Virus record (IMG/VR): IMGVR_UViG_3300030380_005307
Span: 1-58,602 of that record
Length of the DNA: 58,602 bases
From: a virus
Lineage: Duplodnaviria > Caudoviricetes
Direction: 5' to 3' (one strand)
Shown here: piece after piece, positions 16,330-26,782 of the stretch
Layout of the letters: each line of letters begins with the position of its first letter
Position numbering within the stretch: the stretch's first letter is position 1
Program-made: the position numbers and the translations under genes
The notes under the pieces: generated by a model
What the model was told of the DNA's origin: nothing
The model's input: only the letters and a program-made list of their open reading frames with translations
Database searches by the model: none

Positions 16330-19300
16330 TTAATTATTAAATCGAGATGATTTTTTCTTATTAAATCTAGATGGCTTTTTCTTATTAAAACGTGATTTTT
16401 GTTTTACCCTTTTTCTTTTCTGTGGAGGTGTATAATTATACATCTCATCCTTTTGTTGTTGTTTTATTTGTCGTTGCGCTCTTTCAATTTCTTTAAGTGC
16501 CTGTCTTTCATCATAGCCTGGAGAGTTAGGACCAAAGGTTACATTCCACAACTCTCTGTCGTACCTCTTCATGTCCGACTCACTGTCGTAGCCTTGCAAC
16601 ATTTCTTTTTTGGCTTTCTGTTTGTCCTTAAGCTCTCTCTTGGCTCTAGAAAGATCTCCATAAATACGATCTAATGTAATCTTTCGCACGTCTTTGTAAA
16701 GAGGTATAAATCCTAGGTTACCAAGGAGTTCCAGGGGCAACCTTATAAACCTCTCCATGTCTTGACGTTCAATCGCTTCAGGTGTTTTCTTTTTGTCTTC
16801 TGTTAACTTTTTTATTAATAACGACCCTGCTCCAAGAGCGGGTCCGTATGCAGCGCCCACTCTTTTTATCAAATCTCCTATGTCATTACCCCTGCCAGAC
16901 GCAGTTTTAGGAAGAGGTGTATACTGTAAAGCGTCTTTAAAAGCATCATACTCACCATCCCTTAAGAAATCAAGTTGAGCTTCATTAAACTCTTCAACAC
17001 CTATATTAATAATTGATTTAGTTGCATTTCCAAAATCCCTACCTAAAAGAAGGGAGGTGAAGGTAGAAGCAAAGGCTTGACCCAACATTTTTTCTGGAGA
17101 CTTCATTCCCTCACCTGGCAATTCATCGTCGTCATCATCGTTTATTATAGATGTCATTCCCTCAGCTAAAAGCTGCCCTAGTATGGTATACAACATCATT
17201 CGGCTTATAACTGCGCCGATCAATCTACCGCCTTGTTTTTTGCTGAGCTCACCTTTGCCTATTAGATTGGCAACACCTGTACGTGCCGTTATATATTCAA
17301 ATATAAGGAACCGAGTCATAAAGTTGTTAAATGAATTAAACGCTCTAAGCAATGCGCTTTGATTTGGTTTAGCCGTACCCTTTAACATACCCATAAAAGC
17401 ATTGTCTGTAGCGCCCGCCATTACTGATTTTTTATCTGCTAAATTTGTAGCTTCATCTAAAGCGGATTGATTAGCCTGTATATAAGTTGAATCATTATCT
17501 GCGATTTTGTCAAAGTCAGGGGACTTACCGGTAATTCTTTTAAATTCATTCTCAAAAGCTCCAAACCACATTGGTCTCATTACGGCTTTATCAGGTGTAG
17601 AAATTAAAAAATCTGCAGCAGCCTCAACGCCCTTCTTCCAGCGCTGACCTGTCTTATTCCACATTTTGAGGATTTCGTTCTGTACGGGCGCAACAGCAGC
17701 ACCGCCTCGTACACCCGCCGCTTGATCAAGTATAGACTTGTCTATAAATCTTCCTGTCAGGCCATCAGCATATATTCGGGTTGTCTGTTTACTGTTTAAG
17801 TTATTTAAAACTTGTGCCCCTTTAGGAGAATTCAACCATCCCATCTTTGATCCGGCTATAAATCCTTTTGGATCTACAATCATTGCAAAGCTAACATTGG
17901 ATACGTATTCAGCAATAAATCTGCCAGTTCCCGCCAATATAGATCGGTATCCCGTTTTTTGTAAATAATTTAAAGCAGCATCGGCAACTGATGATTCGCC
18001 AAACATGTTAACCAATAAATTCTCTGTTGACTCTTCAAAGGCGCTTTCTATTGCATTGAAGACCCTGACGTTATCAAATGTGTATTTGCCTTGTTCTTTT
18101 AAAAGTTTTTTTGTTTGGTTTAGCGTTCCCCTTGCTGTCCTTAATGGAGATGTTAAATGGAAATCAATTAATGTGTTTTTGCTACCTCTTAGTGCTGAAG
18201 CGTAAATGTCAAAGTTCAGAGGCGACACATCTCCAGTCCTTTCAATCAAGGTCTTTGCTTTGGTGGATGGTTTTCTGCTAGTATTATAGGCCTCAATAAC
18301 AGTAAGCTGAGACGACTCCAAGGAATTTTTATTACCAGGAGGCAGTACGTTAAGGTGTACATAATTGTCTAGAGGATCATATTTTTCTCCTCTGATTAGT
18401 GTGGCGGCAACCTCAGCCTTTTCACCTAGACTATCATTTATGTCTCTTACGGTTTGAATAGATTGTTTTTCAGCCTTATTAAAAGAATCAAATAACGCTT
18501 GATTATCAAACTCGCCTTGGTCATTAGTATACGTATCAAGTATATCCTGAAGCATATCAGAATCGGCTTTTGTATATCGTGTTTTTTGTTCGTTAATTCT
18601 TTCTATAGTGGCTTTTAAAAATTCAGTAACTGGATTAACTTGTTTGCTATCAGGGTTACTCAGATACTCTTCTTGTATCATATAAGCCATTTGTTTATAC
18701 TTCGACTTGGTAAACTTGTTAGGATCACTACCTAAAGATTTACGTACATTAGCTTCAGCCTCATTTATCTTTTCTTGTATAACGTCAAACTCCGCTCTAA
18801 ATTTAGTTACAGCTTTTGAAGCCTCTCCAAAAACAGCGTTAAATATATTCTTGGTTTTAAAATCTCCAAAAACTTGGTCAATATAAAATAAAGGATTACG
18901 TCGTACCAATTCTTGAATGCTGTCTTTCCCTGTTATTAAGGCCTTAACCCTAGCATACATTGCACTAAAAGTTAGCGGTTTAGCAGTATTAATCGAAGTG
19001 GCCAAGCCGGAGGCTTTGTTGATTGATTCTAATTTTTCGTTATATCTCTGTATAAGATGAGGCGCATAGCCATTATTAATATTGTCTATTAGTTTTAATA
19101 CATTCTTTAATTCAACATTATCAAATTTATTAATTGCCTCTGTTTGTATTAGTTTTTTAAACTGTTTGGCTAAATCTCTAGCGTATGGTAAAGCCAATTC
19201 AGACACAGAAAAATCAGTTGATTCGTCTATACCCTCCAAAAGTAATTCTCTTTCAGCTTCTAATTCAGCCTCAGTTTTTGGTTCTTTAAGTTGGGGCGGG

Positions 19301-22300
19301 GAAATCTGTGACTTATATTTACGCATTACCTCAAGCTCCCGCTCGTTTATTTCACCGTTATCAAGCATTTTTTTAAGGGTAGCTGCATAATCTAACTTGT
19401 TGTCTGAGTCAAAGACCTTGCTATCTGTATTTGCAAATCTGTCAGCAAGATCAATTGCCATTGACTGCTCCTCATCTAACTGCTTCAATACCTTTTCAAC
19501 CTGTCTTTTTACCTCGGATATTGAGGGAAGAGACAATACCGCTTCGGCTTTGCTAAACGAATCAACTAAAGATATATACTGATCTAATACACTATCGGGT
19601 ATTAAGGTTGGATTAACACTAAACAACTCCAACAACTGAGGCACTATTGAATCAGCCATACCAATTTTAGACTGCGCCGCTTTTTTTGCTTTATTCCTAC
19701 GGGCTTTACTCGCAAAGTTTATTTTTGCTGCATACTCGGCATCAGCAAATACTTTAGCCATATAGTCCACAAATCGGTCTATAGAGGTAGGATTAAACAT
19801 ATTAACCTTAGAAAATCTATTAAGAACGGCGGTAAGTTGAGAGTCAGATATTTTGCCCCCACGTCTCATGTCCTTTATTTGAGAAGTCAACACCTTTTGA
19901 GCTTTAATAAACGAGGCTTTAGCGGTTCTAGCTCCTCGATTCAAAAGTTTTATTTGTGTTGCTATTGCCTGTCTTTGGGTCAGGGTAATCTTAGAGGGAT
20001 CTTTTATGTTTGTAAATAAACGTTCAAAGGTTTTAATAACGGAACTAACCGTTGGCGTTTTCCTTGGGATTTCTTTTCCTTTATTGTCAGTTCTTTTAAG
20101 GCCCTCTCTTACTCTTTGCTCCTGAGATTTTTCTCCTTTTCTCATCCTAACAGCAGCCCCTTTTGATTCTGCTTGAGCGTCAAAAGATGCAGAGACAGCC
20201 GTTCCTTTAAATAAATCTGCTAGACCAGTATTAATAAAATCATCTAAGGTCATTTTATTAATATCTTTTATTTTTAAATCTTTCGTTGTGGTAAACTTTT
20301 CTTTTATGTATTTAAACATAGCGTTCATCCACTCCTTAAACTTAGATCTTTGACTAGCATTTGCTATGGTCTCCCCTTTCGTAGCTAATAATTCTACTAG
20401 AGCTTCTTCCCTTGCAAGTTTTGTGTCACCATATTTTTGTATAGCTTTTGTAAGTTCTGGCGTTCCTTCAACAAGCTTTAACCCTCTCGCAAGAAGCTTA
20501 TCTCCTTTCCTTCCACTATCTTTTGATCTTAAAAAATCTAACCATATATGACCAAACTCATGTATAGGGGTGCCTAAAGATTGTACTTCCGGGTTTAAAT
20601 AAATTTTACCGTCAGTTGTTAGTCCTAGTATTACTCTGCCCTTTGACTCTTTGGTACGGACTCCTGGCTGTGACAATATATTATTAAACTCTTCTATAGT
20701 TGTAGTTACGCTAACGCCAGGAAAAGCAAACTTTAATTTTCCTATAAGAATATCGAGAGGACTCATTTCGGTAGTGACAACATCTCCTTGAAAAGCTTCA
20801 TCATTAGCAACAGTCCCCATGGTCTGAGCTGCCACTTCCTTATCTCCAGGCCTTTTACCGCGAATATTCTTTTTAAAGACTCTGTTAGACTTGGCTTTCC
20901 ATGTAGGGAAAACCTCCATCCCGTTTGTAGGATTTTCTATTAAAGCAATGGGTCTACCCTTAGGTCCCGTCCCATAGTTTTCATGATTAATATCTATAAC
21001 CCCTCCATTTTTTACATCAACACCAACTACAGCAACAACATCTCCTTTATTAGCCTTAAGCATAGAAGGCTCCCCGATAGAATTGTAGAGATTATCTGCC
21101 GTAAACATAGTTTGATTAACTTCACCTCCTTTGTATAATGATTTAATAAAAGGCTTGTTTGCCTTTTTAACCCCCTCACCAGAAATTAAATTGTCAAAAA
21201 TAAACGCTCTTTCTTTTAGAGATAATGTATTTTTATTTTTTTTAGACCTCTGGTTAGCATCACTAACTATAGCATCAAAAAATTGACCTAATGTTGTTAT
21301 ATTATTTCTATTTATAAATGCAAGAACAGCATCAGCTTCAGTACGTTGTTTATCTGGTTTGTTTTCAAACAGCGATTTAACATCGTTCATTGCCTCGGTT
21401 TGATTTTCTTTTGACTGAGAGTTTATTTCAGCAGAGAAAAATCTAAATGAAGCTTCATTTGAATGAACGGCTTCATTGCCCATTTTTATAATAGCCATAG
21501 GTATATGTCCATCTGGTATCTTACCCTCTTTCCATAGCCTATCAAATAGTTCTTTGTTATTTTGGTAGGTCCTAACAGCGTTATCATACTGCCCTTGTGA
21601 CTTGTCTCTTGCAACCCCTGCCCATGCAGCATTTTTATTGTCTCCCTTAACATTAAACAGTAATCCTCCGCTAACCTTCATATCATTCCCTTTCGAGTCT
21701 TTAACTGTGCCCGTGGAAAGCATATCTGATATAGCTGTGATCATAGGAATACCATCGAAATAAGATATAGGCTTAACTAGATCATCGGTGGTTTCATATC
21801 CAAGCTCTGTAAGTTCCTCTTCTGTTATTGTTTCAGGCGTCGTGCTTTCTTTTAAAGGGTTGACGGTAACGGTAGTCTCTCCTTCTGGAGTAGTAAAGTT
21901 TACTTCTTCAGGATCCATTGCGTTCATCTCTTCAGCTATCGCATCTACATCTTCTTCCGTTGACTGAATTATAGCATCTACCTCTACGTCATCTTGCATG
22001 CTAAATCTCGCACGTCCCGCTTCTACCTCTACCTCTTCTTGTAAGGGAGTGGCTTGCAAGTCTTTCATTTGTTGCCTTAGTAAAGAAGCTTTTTCTTTGG
22101 CTGGCTCTGTTTTGTTTCCTTCTAGCTCGTTTAATTCTAACTGAAGATCAGTCAATGCTTCGAGTGTAGGCTTGTTTAAATCTGGGTTAGCTTGTAAAAG
22201 TTCACGCTCCACAGACAACCTTATCACCCTATCGTTTAACTCCTTAGATTTTCCGGAGTAATCATTGTCAATATCTATCTTAGTAGCTTGTATTTGCTCT

Positions 22301-23544
22301 AAAGTAAAATTATTAATTACATTATCAATCTCTTCTACGTCTACTCTCTGACCGTTTATCTTATATTTAGGTTTGCTGAATCTAGCCGAGACTATGTCTT
22401 TTATCCCGCCTGGGGTTTCAGCCAATCCCTCTAAAGCAATCTCAGATATGTCCATCTCCTGACCAATCAGCCCTCTAGCAGTGGCTTCTCCAATTGACCC
22501 GCCAGCCCCCTCTATTAACCCAGCCGCGCCAACGGATTTAATCTTGTCTAATTTACTTGCGGCAGAAAGACTCTTACCACCTTTAGTTAAAAGTTTTGCG
22601 CCTACGCCTCCCGCCAGTTTACCCGTAAACGCATCTATTGTTCCAATAGCAATACCTCTAGTAATCGCCTTGTTTCTTATATTATTAAAGGCTTCCGGAT
22701 CTTCTAAAACAGCTCTGACGTTTTCAGAAGTTAAATCTTTACCTTCAAGTTCTTCTTGTAATAATTCCGAGAATGTAGCGCCCATCTCTAAAGCGGAGCT
22801 TGCCGCTCCAAAAGCAAAAGGTATGGCAGCAGCTGCGCCTGGAAGACCTCCTCCGACTGCTGCTCCGGTACCTATAGTAGCTGCACCGGCTAAAAGAGAG
22901 TCCGTGTTTGTTGCCATAGATGTAAGTGAACTTACAATTAACTCTGGCAATATAGTTAGACCACTTTTACTTAAGCCTTTTACAACACCCCAAAAGCTTT
23001 TACCTTCATCTTCGTAAGCCTTTTGATACTCCTGCATCTCAGCTGATGGGCCGTATATCTGTGTGTTTTTATTTGCCTCTATAAAACTAGCTATATCTTC
23101 TTCCGAAGCCATTGACCCTGCAAGGAGAAGGTCGGATGCGTTTTCTGAAGCAACGCCCTGATAATAACCCGACGCTACACTACGCGCCATGTCATCTACA
23201 AAATCACCTAATCCTGTCTGTGTAACGTTATCAAACCCTCGAAGTATGTCGCCAAAGGTTCCTTCAAAGTAATCTTTTTCAGTGGGCTGCTCTGGAGACT
23301 CTGGTAAAACCGAAGAACCATCCTCCGATACGGAAGCCATAGCGATCGGGTCTTTTTTTTTTACGCCTATTAAGATTTGAAAGTCGTCAATACTATCTTC
23401 ATATCCCTCATCTTGAAAAATAGTAAAAGCATCATTTACTGCTTCCGAATTACTTTGCATTAAACTAATAAACTCTTCAATAGATCCCTCATACCCCTCG
23501 GCACGAAATAAATTATAAGCGTCTTTTAAAGCTTGTTCGTTCAT
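16330..23544 (-). CDS. Giant internal-virion/ejection protein with zincin-like HExxH domain (2404 aa)
   Basis: Gly/Ala-rich hydrophobic N-region, IYLNP...TPIHEFGH...EEAL motif, last position in the virion operon. Confidence 0.7.
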   Translation of the reverse strand: MNEQALKDAYNLFRAEGYEGSIEEFISLMQSNSEAVNDAFTIFQDEGYEDSIDDFQILIGVKKKDPIAMASVSEDGSSVLPESPEQPTEKDYFEGTFGDILRGFDNVTQTGLGDFVDDMARSVASGYYQGVASENASDLLLAGSMASEEDIASFIEANKNTQIYGPSAEMQEYQKAYEDEGKSFWGVVKGLSKSGLTILPELIVSSLTSMATNTDSLLAGAATIGTGAAVGGGLPGAAAAIPFAFGAASSALEMGATFSELLQEELEGKDLTSENVRAVLEDPEAFNNIRNKAITRGIAIGTIDAFTGKLAGGVGAKLLTKGGKSLSAASKLDKIKSVGAAGLIEGAGGSIGEATARGLIGQEMDISEIALEGLAETPGGIKDIVSARFSKPKYKINGQRVDVEEIDNVINNFTLEQIQATKIDIDNDYSGKSKELNDRVIRLSVERELLQANPDLNKPTLEALTDLQLELNELEGNKTEPAKEKASLLRQQMKDLQATPLQEEVEVEAGRARFSMQDDVEVDAIIQSTEEDVDAIAEEMNAMDPEEVNFTTPEGETTVTVNPLKESTTPETITEEELTELGYETTDDLVKPISYFDGIPMITAISDMLSTGTVKDSKGNDMKVSGGLLFNVKGDNKNAAWAGVARDKSQGQYDNAVRTYQNNKELFDRLWKEGKIPDGHIPMAIIKMGNEAVHSNEASFRFFSAEINSQSKENQTEAMNDVKSLFENKPDKQRTEADAVLAFINRNNITTLGQFFDAIVSDANQRSKKNKNTLSLKERAFIFDNLISGEGVKKANKPFIKSLYKGGEVNQTMFTADNLYNSIGEPSMLKANKGDVVAVVGVDVKNGGVIDINHENYGTGPKGRPIALIENPTNGMEVFPTWKAKSNRVFKKNIRGKRPGDKEVAAQTMGTVANDEAFQGDVVTTEMSPLDILIGKLKFAFPGVSVTTTIEEFNNILSQPGVRTKESKGRVILGLTTDGKIYLNPEVQSLGTPIHEFGHIWLDFLRSKDSGRKGDKLLARGLKLVEGTPELTKAIQKYGDTKLAREEALVELLATKGETIANASQRSKFKEWMNAMFKYIKEKFTTTKDLKIKDINKMTLDDFINTGLADLFKGTAVSASFDAQAESKGAAVRMRKGEKSQEQRVREGLKRTDNKGKEIPRKTPTVSSVIKTFERLFTNIKDPSKITLTQRQAIATQIKLLNRGARTAKASFIKAQKVLTSQIKDMRRGGKISDSQLTAVLNRFSKVNMFNPTSIDRFVDYMAKVFADAEYAAKINFASKARRNKAKKAAQSKIGMADSIVPQLLELFSVNPTLIPDSVLDQYISLVDSFSKAEAVLSLPSISEVKRQVEKVLKQLDEEQSMAIDLADRFANTDSKVFDSDNKLDYAATLKKMLDNGEINERELEVMRKYKSQISPPQLKEPKTEAELEAERELLLEGIDESTDFSVSELALPYARDLAKQFKKLIQTEAINKFDNVELKNVLKLIDNINNGYAPHLIQRYNEKLESINKASGLATSINTAKPLTFSAMYARVKALITGKDSIQELVRRNPLFYIDQVFGDFKTKNIFNAVFGEASKAVTKFRAEFDVIQEKINEAEANVRKSLGSDPNKFTKSKYKQMAYMIQEEYLSNPDSKQVNPVTEFLKATIERINEQKTRYTKADSDMLQDILDTYTNDQGEFDNQALFDSFNKAEKQSIQTVRDINDSLGEKAEVAATLIRGEKYDPLDNYVHLNVLPPGNKNSLESSQLTVIEAYNTSRKPSTKAKTLIERTGDVSPLNFDIYASALRGSKNTLIDFHLTSPLRTARGTLNQTKKLLKEQGKYTFDNVRVFNAIESAFEESTENLLVNMFGESSVADAALNYLQKTGYRSILAGTGRFIAEYVSNVSFAMIVDPKGFIAGSKMGWLNSPKGAQVLNNLNSKQTTRIYADGLTGRFIDKSILDQAAGVRGGAAVAPVQNEILKMWNKTGQRWKKGVEAAADFLISTPDKAVMRPMWFGAFENEFKRITGKSPDFDKIADNDSTYIQANQSALDEATNLADKKSVMAGATDNAFMGMLKGTAKPNQSALLRAFNSFNNFMTRFLIFEYITARTGVANLIGKGELSKKQGGRLIGAVISRMMLYTILGQLLAEGMTSIINDDDDDELPGEGMKSPEKMLGQAFASTFTSLLLGRDFGNATKSIINIGVEEFNEAQLDFLRDGEYDAFKDALQYTPLPKTASGRGNDIGDLIKRVGAAYGPALGAGSLLIKKLTEDKKKTPEAIERQDMERFIRLPLELLGNLGFIPLYKDVRKITLDRIYGDLSRAKRELKDKQKAKKEMLQGYDSESDMKRYDRELWNVTFGPNSPGYDERQALKEIERAQRQIKQQQKDEMYNYTPPQKRKRVKQKSRFNKKKPSRFNKKKSSRFNN

Positions 23545-25559
23545 TATCCTCCTTTATTGTATTTTGATCCCAGCCCGCCTCGCTTTTTTACGTCAGCTTT
23601 TAATTTAAGCTTTTCTATCAAGTCAGGTCTTCTTTTAAGGGCGTTAGTTATAAATTCTCTAAGCTTTTGTATTTCAGCTAAGTCTCCTGAAGTAGTAAAA
23701 TTATTAGCATCTATTGTAATTGTCTTCGTAACCCCAGGGATTCTTACATTTACTTCATTATTCAGACCACCAGTATCTAAAGCAATTAAACCTATATCTT
23801 TAAAATCTTTATTTAATGCTGCCGCTAAGTCTTGATCATAGCCACCCAAATCTTGTTCACCAGCATCAGAAAACTCAGCCGTAACCGTTTTAATAACTTT
23901 ATCAAAATACTCATCAGCTGAAACATTATACGTGTCGGATTCAGCTAATGTTTCACCCTCTTCAATCGTTGTGGTGGCAGTAATCGGACTGTCGACCGAT
24001 GTCAGGGCTCGGTTATATAATAATTCACCGTCATCACCTCTCCTTTTTAATTCAGTTGACACGTCTTCACCTATTAATAGCTGTGAAGCTGCATTTATAA
24101 ACTGGGCCTCAGTCAATTGTCTACCTTTGACAAGCTTTGGATTTGTTTCACTTTCGGGTTGGCTTGGATCAAAGTCAGGGTTGGGGACATTGGTTTCTGA
24201 AGTGGCATCAGCCGTAAAGAAACTCACGGGCCTTGCTTGAACATTTCCATTTTCGTCTTCAAATGTAACAACAATTCCGGCATCATTTCTTTTAACCTCA
24301 AGAACATTAGTGTTCCCCCCGTAGTCTCTGTAGTAATCTACAGCCGCGTTAATATCGGCAGTTGTTCCAGAGTACAGGGTGCTTATAACTTGAGCTTTTG
24401 TTTTTAAGTCTGTCGCCTTGTCTCGATCTGGTTTCTTAAATTTATCTTTTTCTAAGTTTAGCTTGTCAAAGTCTAGTGCTAATCTTTGTTTTTTAAGTTT
24501 TAATTCTTCTTTTTGTACAGCAGTTAAATCTTGAGCCTCTTCTCTTGTTCCTCCTAGCCCAGCTTCAAACTGTGCAGATGCAAAGTCTTTTGCAGCTTGC
24601 AGTTGTTTTTTTCCGTTAGCAGTTGTAAAGTTGTTTGTACCGTCGGGGTTTACAAGAATAAGGTTCTCATTTATTTTTGCCTTATTCTCATCATATGTAA
24701 AAGTATAGGCTTCACCATTAGGTGCAAATCCCATGTTCTCAGTAAGGATACTAGACACATGGTCTGGGTTGGCAGTGAAAGACGCAACCATATTTAATTT
24801 AGCTTGGTCCAAAAGTCTTTGCTCCTTCTCCCCTAGAGTTCCATCTTGTATAGCTTGAAAAAACTGCTTAGTAGTTAATCCGCTGCTTTCTTTTATTAGA
24901 GTTGCGCCTAATCCCTTTATAGCTTTATTAATAGAACCATCCAGATCATATTTATTATACTTCGCTGAGGCTTGCTGAACAAGCTCGGAGGCGTTGGCAA
25001 ACTCCCCTGGTTTAGTTGATATTTGCCACTCTCCGTTCTCATCTTTGTACCTGCGTGCAACGTTTACCTCGCCCGTCAATGGGTTTATGTAAGCTCCGTT
25101 ATTAGCAAAAGCTAGGAACCCTTCAGTCTGTTGACGCATCCAGTTTTCTTTGGACTGACTTTCACCATCCGCAAACCTACGCATTGACTCGTCATACCCT
25201 TCGTTGAATTTTTTTCCAGCTTCAAACATAAGGTTCGTCCCTTGAGTGGCATTGGCTCTAAACTTATAAAAGTCTCTCTCTGACATGTTACCGCTTTTAA
25301 GCAGCCTCTCCGCGTTTCTCATGGCTTCTCCTGCGTCTGCAGAAAAATCCCCCATAAATCGATTAACCTCCGCATTTGTCCCCTGTGGTTGATTTAAGAG
25401 GTCTTTGTTATATTGTGTTAGTTGTTTATCAATATCGTCTTTTCTGTTTTGACGATCTGTTATTTCAGCTTGGATGCTGTCGGTCATTTGCTTACCAACC
25501 TCTTGCCAATTTATTTGCATTGGCTTTGCATCCCTAACGTACCCGTATCCTAGTGCCAT
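23544..25559 (-). CDS. Internal virion/ejection protein (671 aa)
   Basis: Helical, charged sequence; position in the three-gene ejection block. Confidence 0.55.
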   Translation of the reverse strand: MALGYGYVRDAKPMQINWQEVGKQMTDSIQAEITDRQNRKDDIDKQLTQYNKDLLNQPQGTNAEVNRFMGDFSADAGEAMRNAERLLKSGNMSERDFYKFRANATQGTNLMFEAGKKFNEGYDESMRRFADGESQSKENWMRQQTEGFLAFANNGAYINPLTGEVNVARRYKDENGEWQISTKPGEFANASELVQQASAKYNKYDLDGSINKAIKGLGATLIKESSGLTTKQFFQAIQDGTLGEKEQRLLDQAKLNMVASFTANPDHVSSILTENMGFAPNGEAYTFTYDENKAKINENLILVNPDGTNNFTTANGKKQLQAAKDFASAQFEAGLGGTREEAQDLTAVQKEELKLKKQRLALDFDKLNLEKDKFKKPDRDKATDLKTKAQVISTLYSGTTADINAAVDYYRDYGGNTNVLEVKRNDAGIVVTFEDENGNVQARPVSFFTADATSETNVPNPDFDPSQPESETNPKLVKGRQLTEAQFINAASQLLIGEDVSTELKRRGDDGELLYNRALTSVDSPITATTTIEEGETLAESDTYNVSADEYFDKVIKTVTAEFSDAGEQDLGGYDQDLAAALNKDFKDIGLIALDTGGLNNEVNVRIPGVTKTITIDANNFTTSGDLAEIQKLREFITNALKRRPDLIEKLKLKADVKKRGGLGSKYNKGG

Positions 25560-26348
25560 TTATTGAAAATTTGAAAATTGTCCACCCGCTGAAATACTTG
25601 GTATGTCTATTGATCCAGGAAACGCTATTTGTGGTGTTTGAAAATTCCTATCAAATATACTAGGAAACGGATCACCAAAACTTCTATTATTCTGAGGCTG
25701 TACAGTATTGACCATGCCTTGAATAGATGTATCCACATCTGGCAAAGTACCGCCAGGCAAAGGTGTTCCTTGTGCAACTTGTGACTGGGCACTACCATAC
25801 AATGAAGGAAGCTTCATTGCCTGTGTACCTAGATTTACTAATCCGCCGACGGCTGCCATATTAGCGGCTTGCTCGGCTGCTCTGGCGTCAGCGGCAATCT
25901 GCTGTTGTCCTACAACTTCAGCTAAATCTAAATTGGCCCTAGCATCGCGGAGTCTAGACTCCTCTTTTAGTGCTGCAGTTTCAAGGTTCTGAAGATCTTG
26001 AGCCATATCAGTTCTTGCTTGTGCTTGAGCTGCTTCATTAAACACTGCTGCTCTACCTGCTCCAACGGATGCTCCTCTTTGCTCACCCTCCCTAGCTGCT
26101 TGAACAATCTGAGCTGCACCTGTTATGCCAGCTTCTCTAGCTCGCTCGTACGCCTCTTTTTGGATTGATCTTCCCTCCATGTAATTAACTTCCAATTTAG
26201 CTTTGGCCGCGTCCATTGCTTCTTGAGCATCTATTTCAGCTTGCTTCTGCCTTTCTCTTTGCTTTGCAGCCTGGACAAAACTCCCCGCCGTTGATGCCGC
26301 GGACGTTGCTAATCCAATACCTGCTGCTATTGTTGTAAATCCCGCCAT
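25560..26348 (-). CDS. Small ejection protein (hydrophobic Ala/Gly N-terminus plus coiled coil)
   Basis: MAGFTTIAAGIGLATSAASTAG followed by a Q/A-rich helix, typical of podovirus pilot proteins. Confidence 0.6.
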   Translation of the reverse strand: MAGFTTIAAGIGLATSAASTAGSFVQAAKQRERQKQAEIDAQEAMDAAKAKLEVNYMEGRSIQKEAYERAREAGITGAAQIVQAAREGEQRGASVGAGRAAVFNEAAQAQARTDMAQDLQNLETAALKEESRLRDARANLDLAEVVGQQQIAADARAAEQAANMAAVGGLVNLGTQAMKLPSLYGSAQSQVAQGTPLPGGTLPDVDTSIQGMVNTVQPQNNRSFGDPFPSIFDRNFQTPQIAFPGSIDIPSISAGGQFSNFQ

Positions 26349-26349
26349 A

Positions 26350-26760
26350 TTATAATACTTTAATCATTTCTTGTGTGTAATTGTCTGCTTTAATATATCC
26401 AAGCTTCTCATATGTTCCCATCAAACCCTTATGTTTTATAAGAGCATATGAATATTTTTTTCCTGAGTTCTTAGCCAGATTAGTTAAAGTGTCAACTAAT
26501 AGGATTACAGCGCTATGCTTTTTCTTCTTGCTGTCGTAATTTTTATTTGATATAATCCAATCCACCCAAGCTACTTTTGAATTTGTTACATATATAAATC
26601 CTGCACATACAGGAATGTCTTCGTCTAACACTAAAAACCCTCCTTCGCCGTCATCTGGCAGAAAGTCTTTGGCTGGAGGCTCCCATCCCCAGTCCTTCCA
26701 CCAACCAACTAATACTTCGTCATAGTCAGTGGAATTTAGTTTTCGTATATCAAACTCCAT
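26350..26760 (-). CDS. GNAT-fold protein preceding the ejection genes
   Basis: PVCAGF.Y...AWVDWIISN...YEKLGY; positionally like T7 gp13. Confidence 0.6.
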   Translation of the reverse strand: MEFDIRKLNSTDYDEVLVGWWKDWGWEPPAKDFLPDDGEGGFLVLDEDIPVCAGFIYVTNSKVAWVDWIISNKNYDSKKKKHSAVILLVDTLTNLAKNSGKKYSYALIKHKGLMGTYEKLGYIKADNYTQEMIKVL

Positions 26761-26782
26761 ACACTAACAAAGATACTATTTT

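Noticed and set aside
16330-23544. crAss-like or N4-like virion RNA polymerase
   Set aside because: No catalytic DxDGD-type motif seen, and host-type promoters are abundant.
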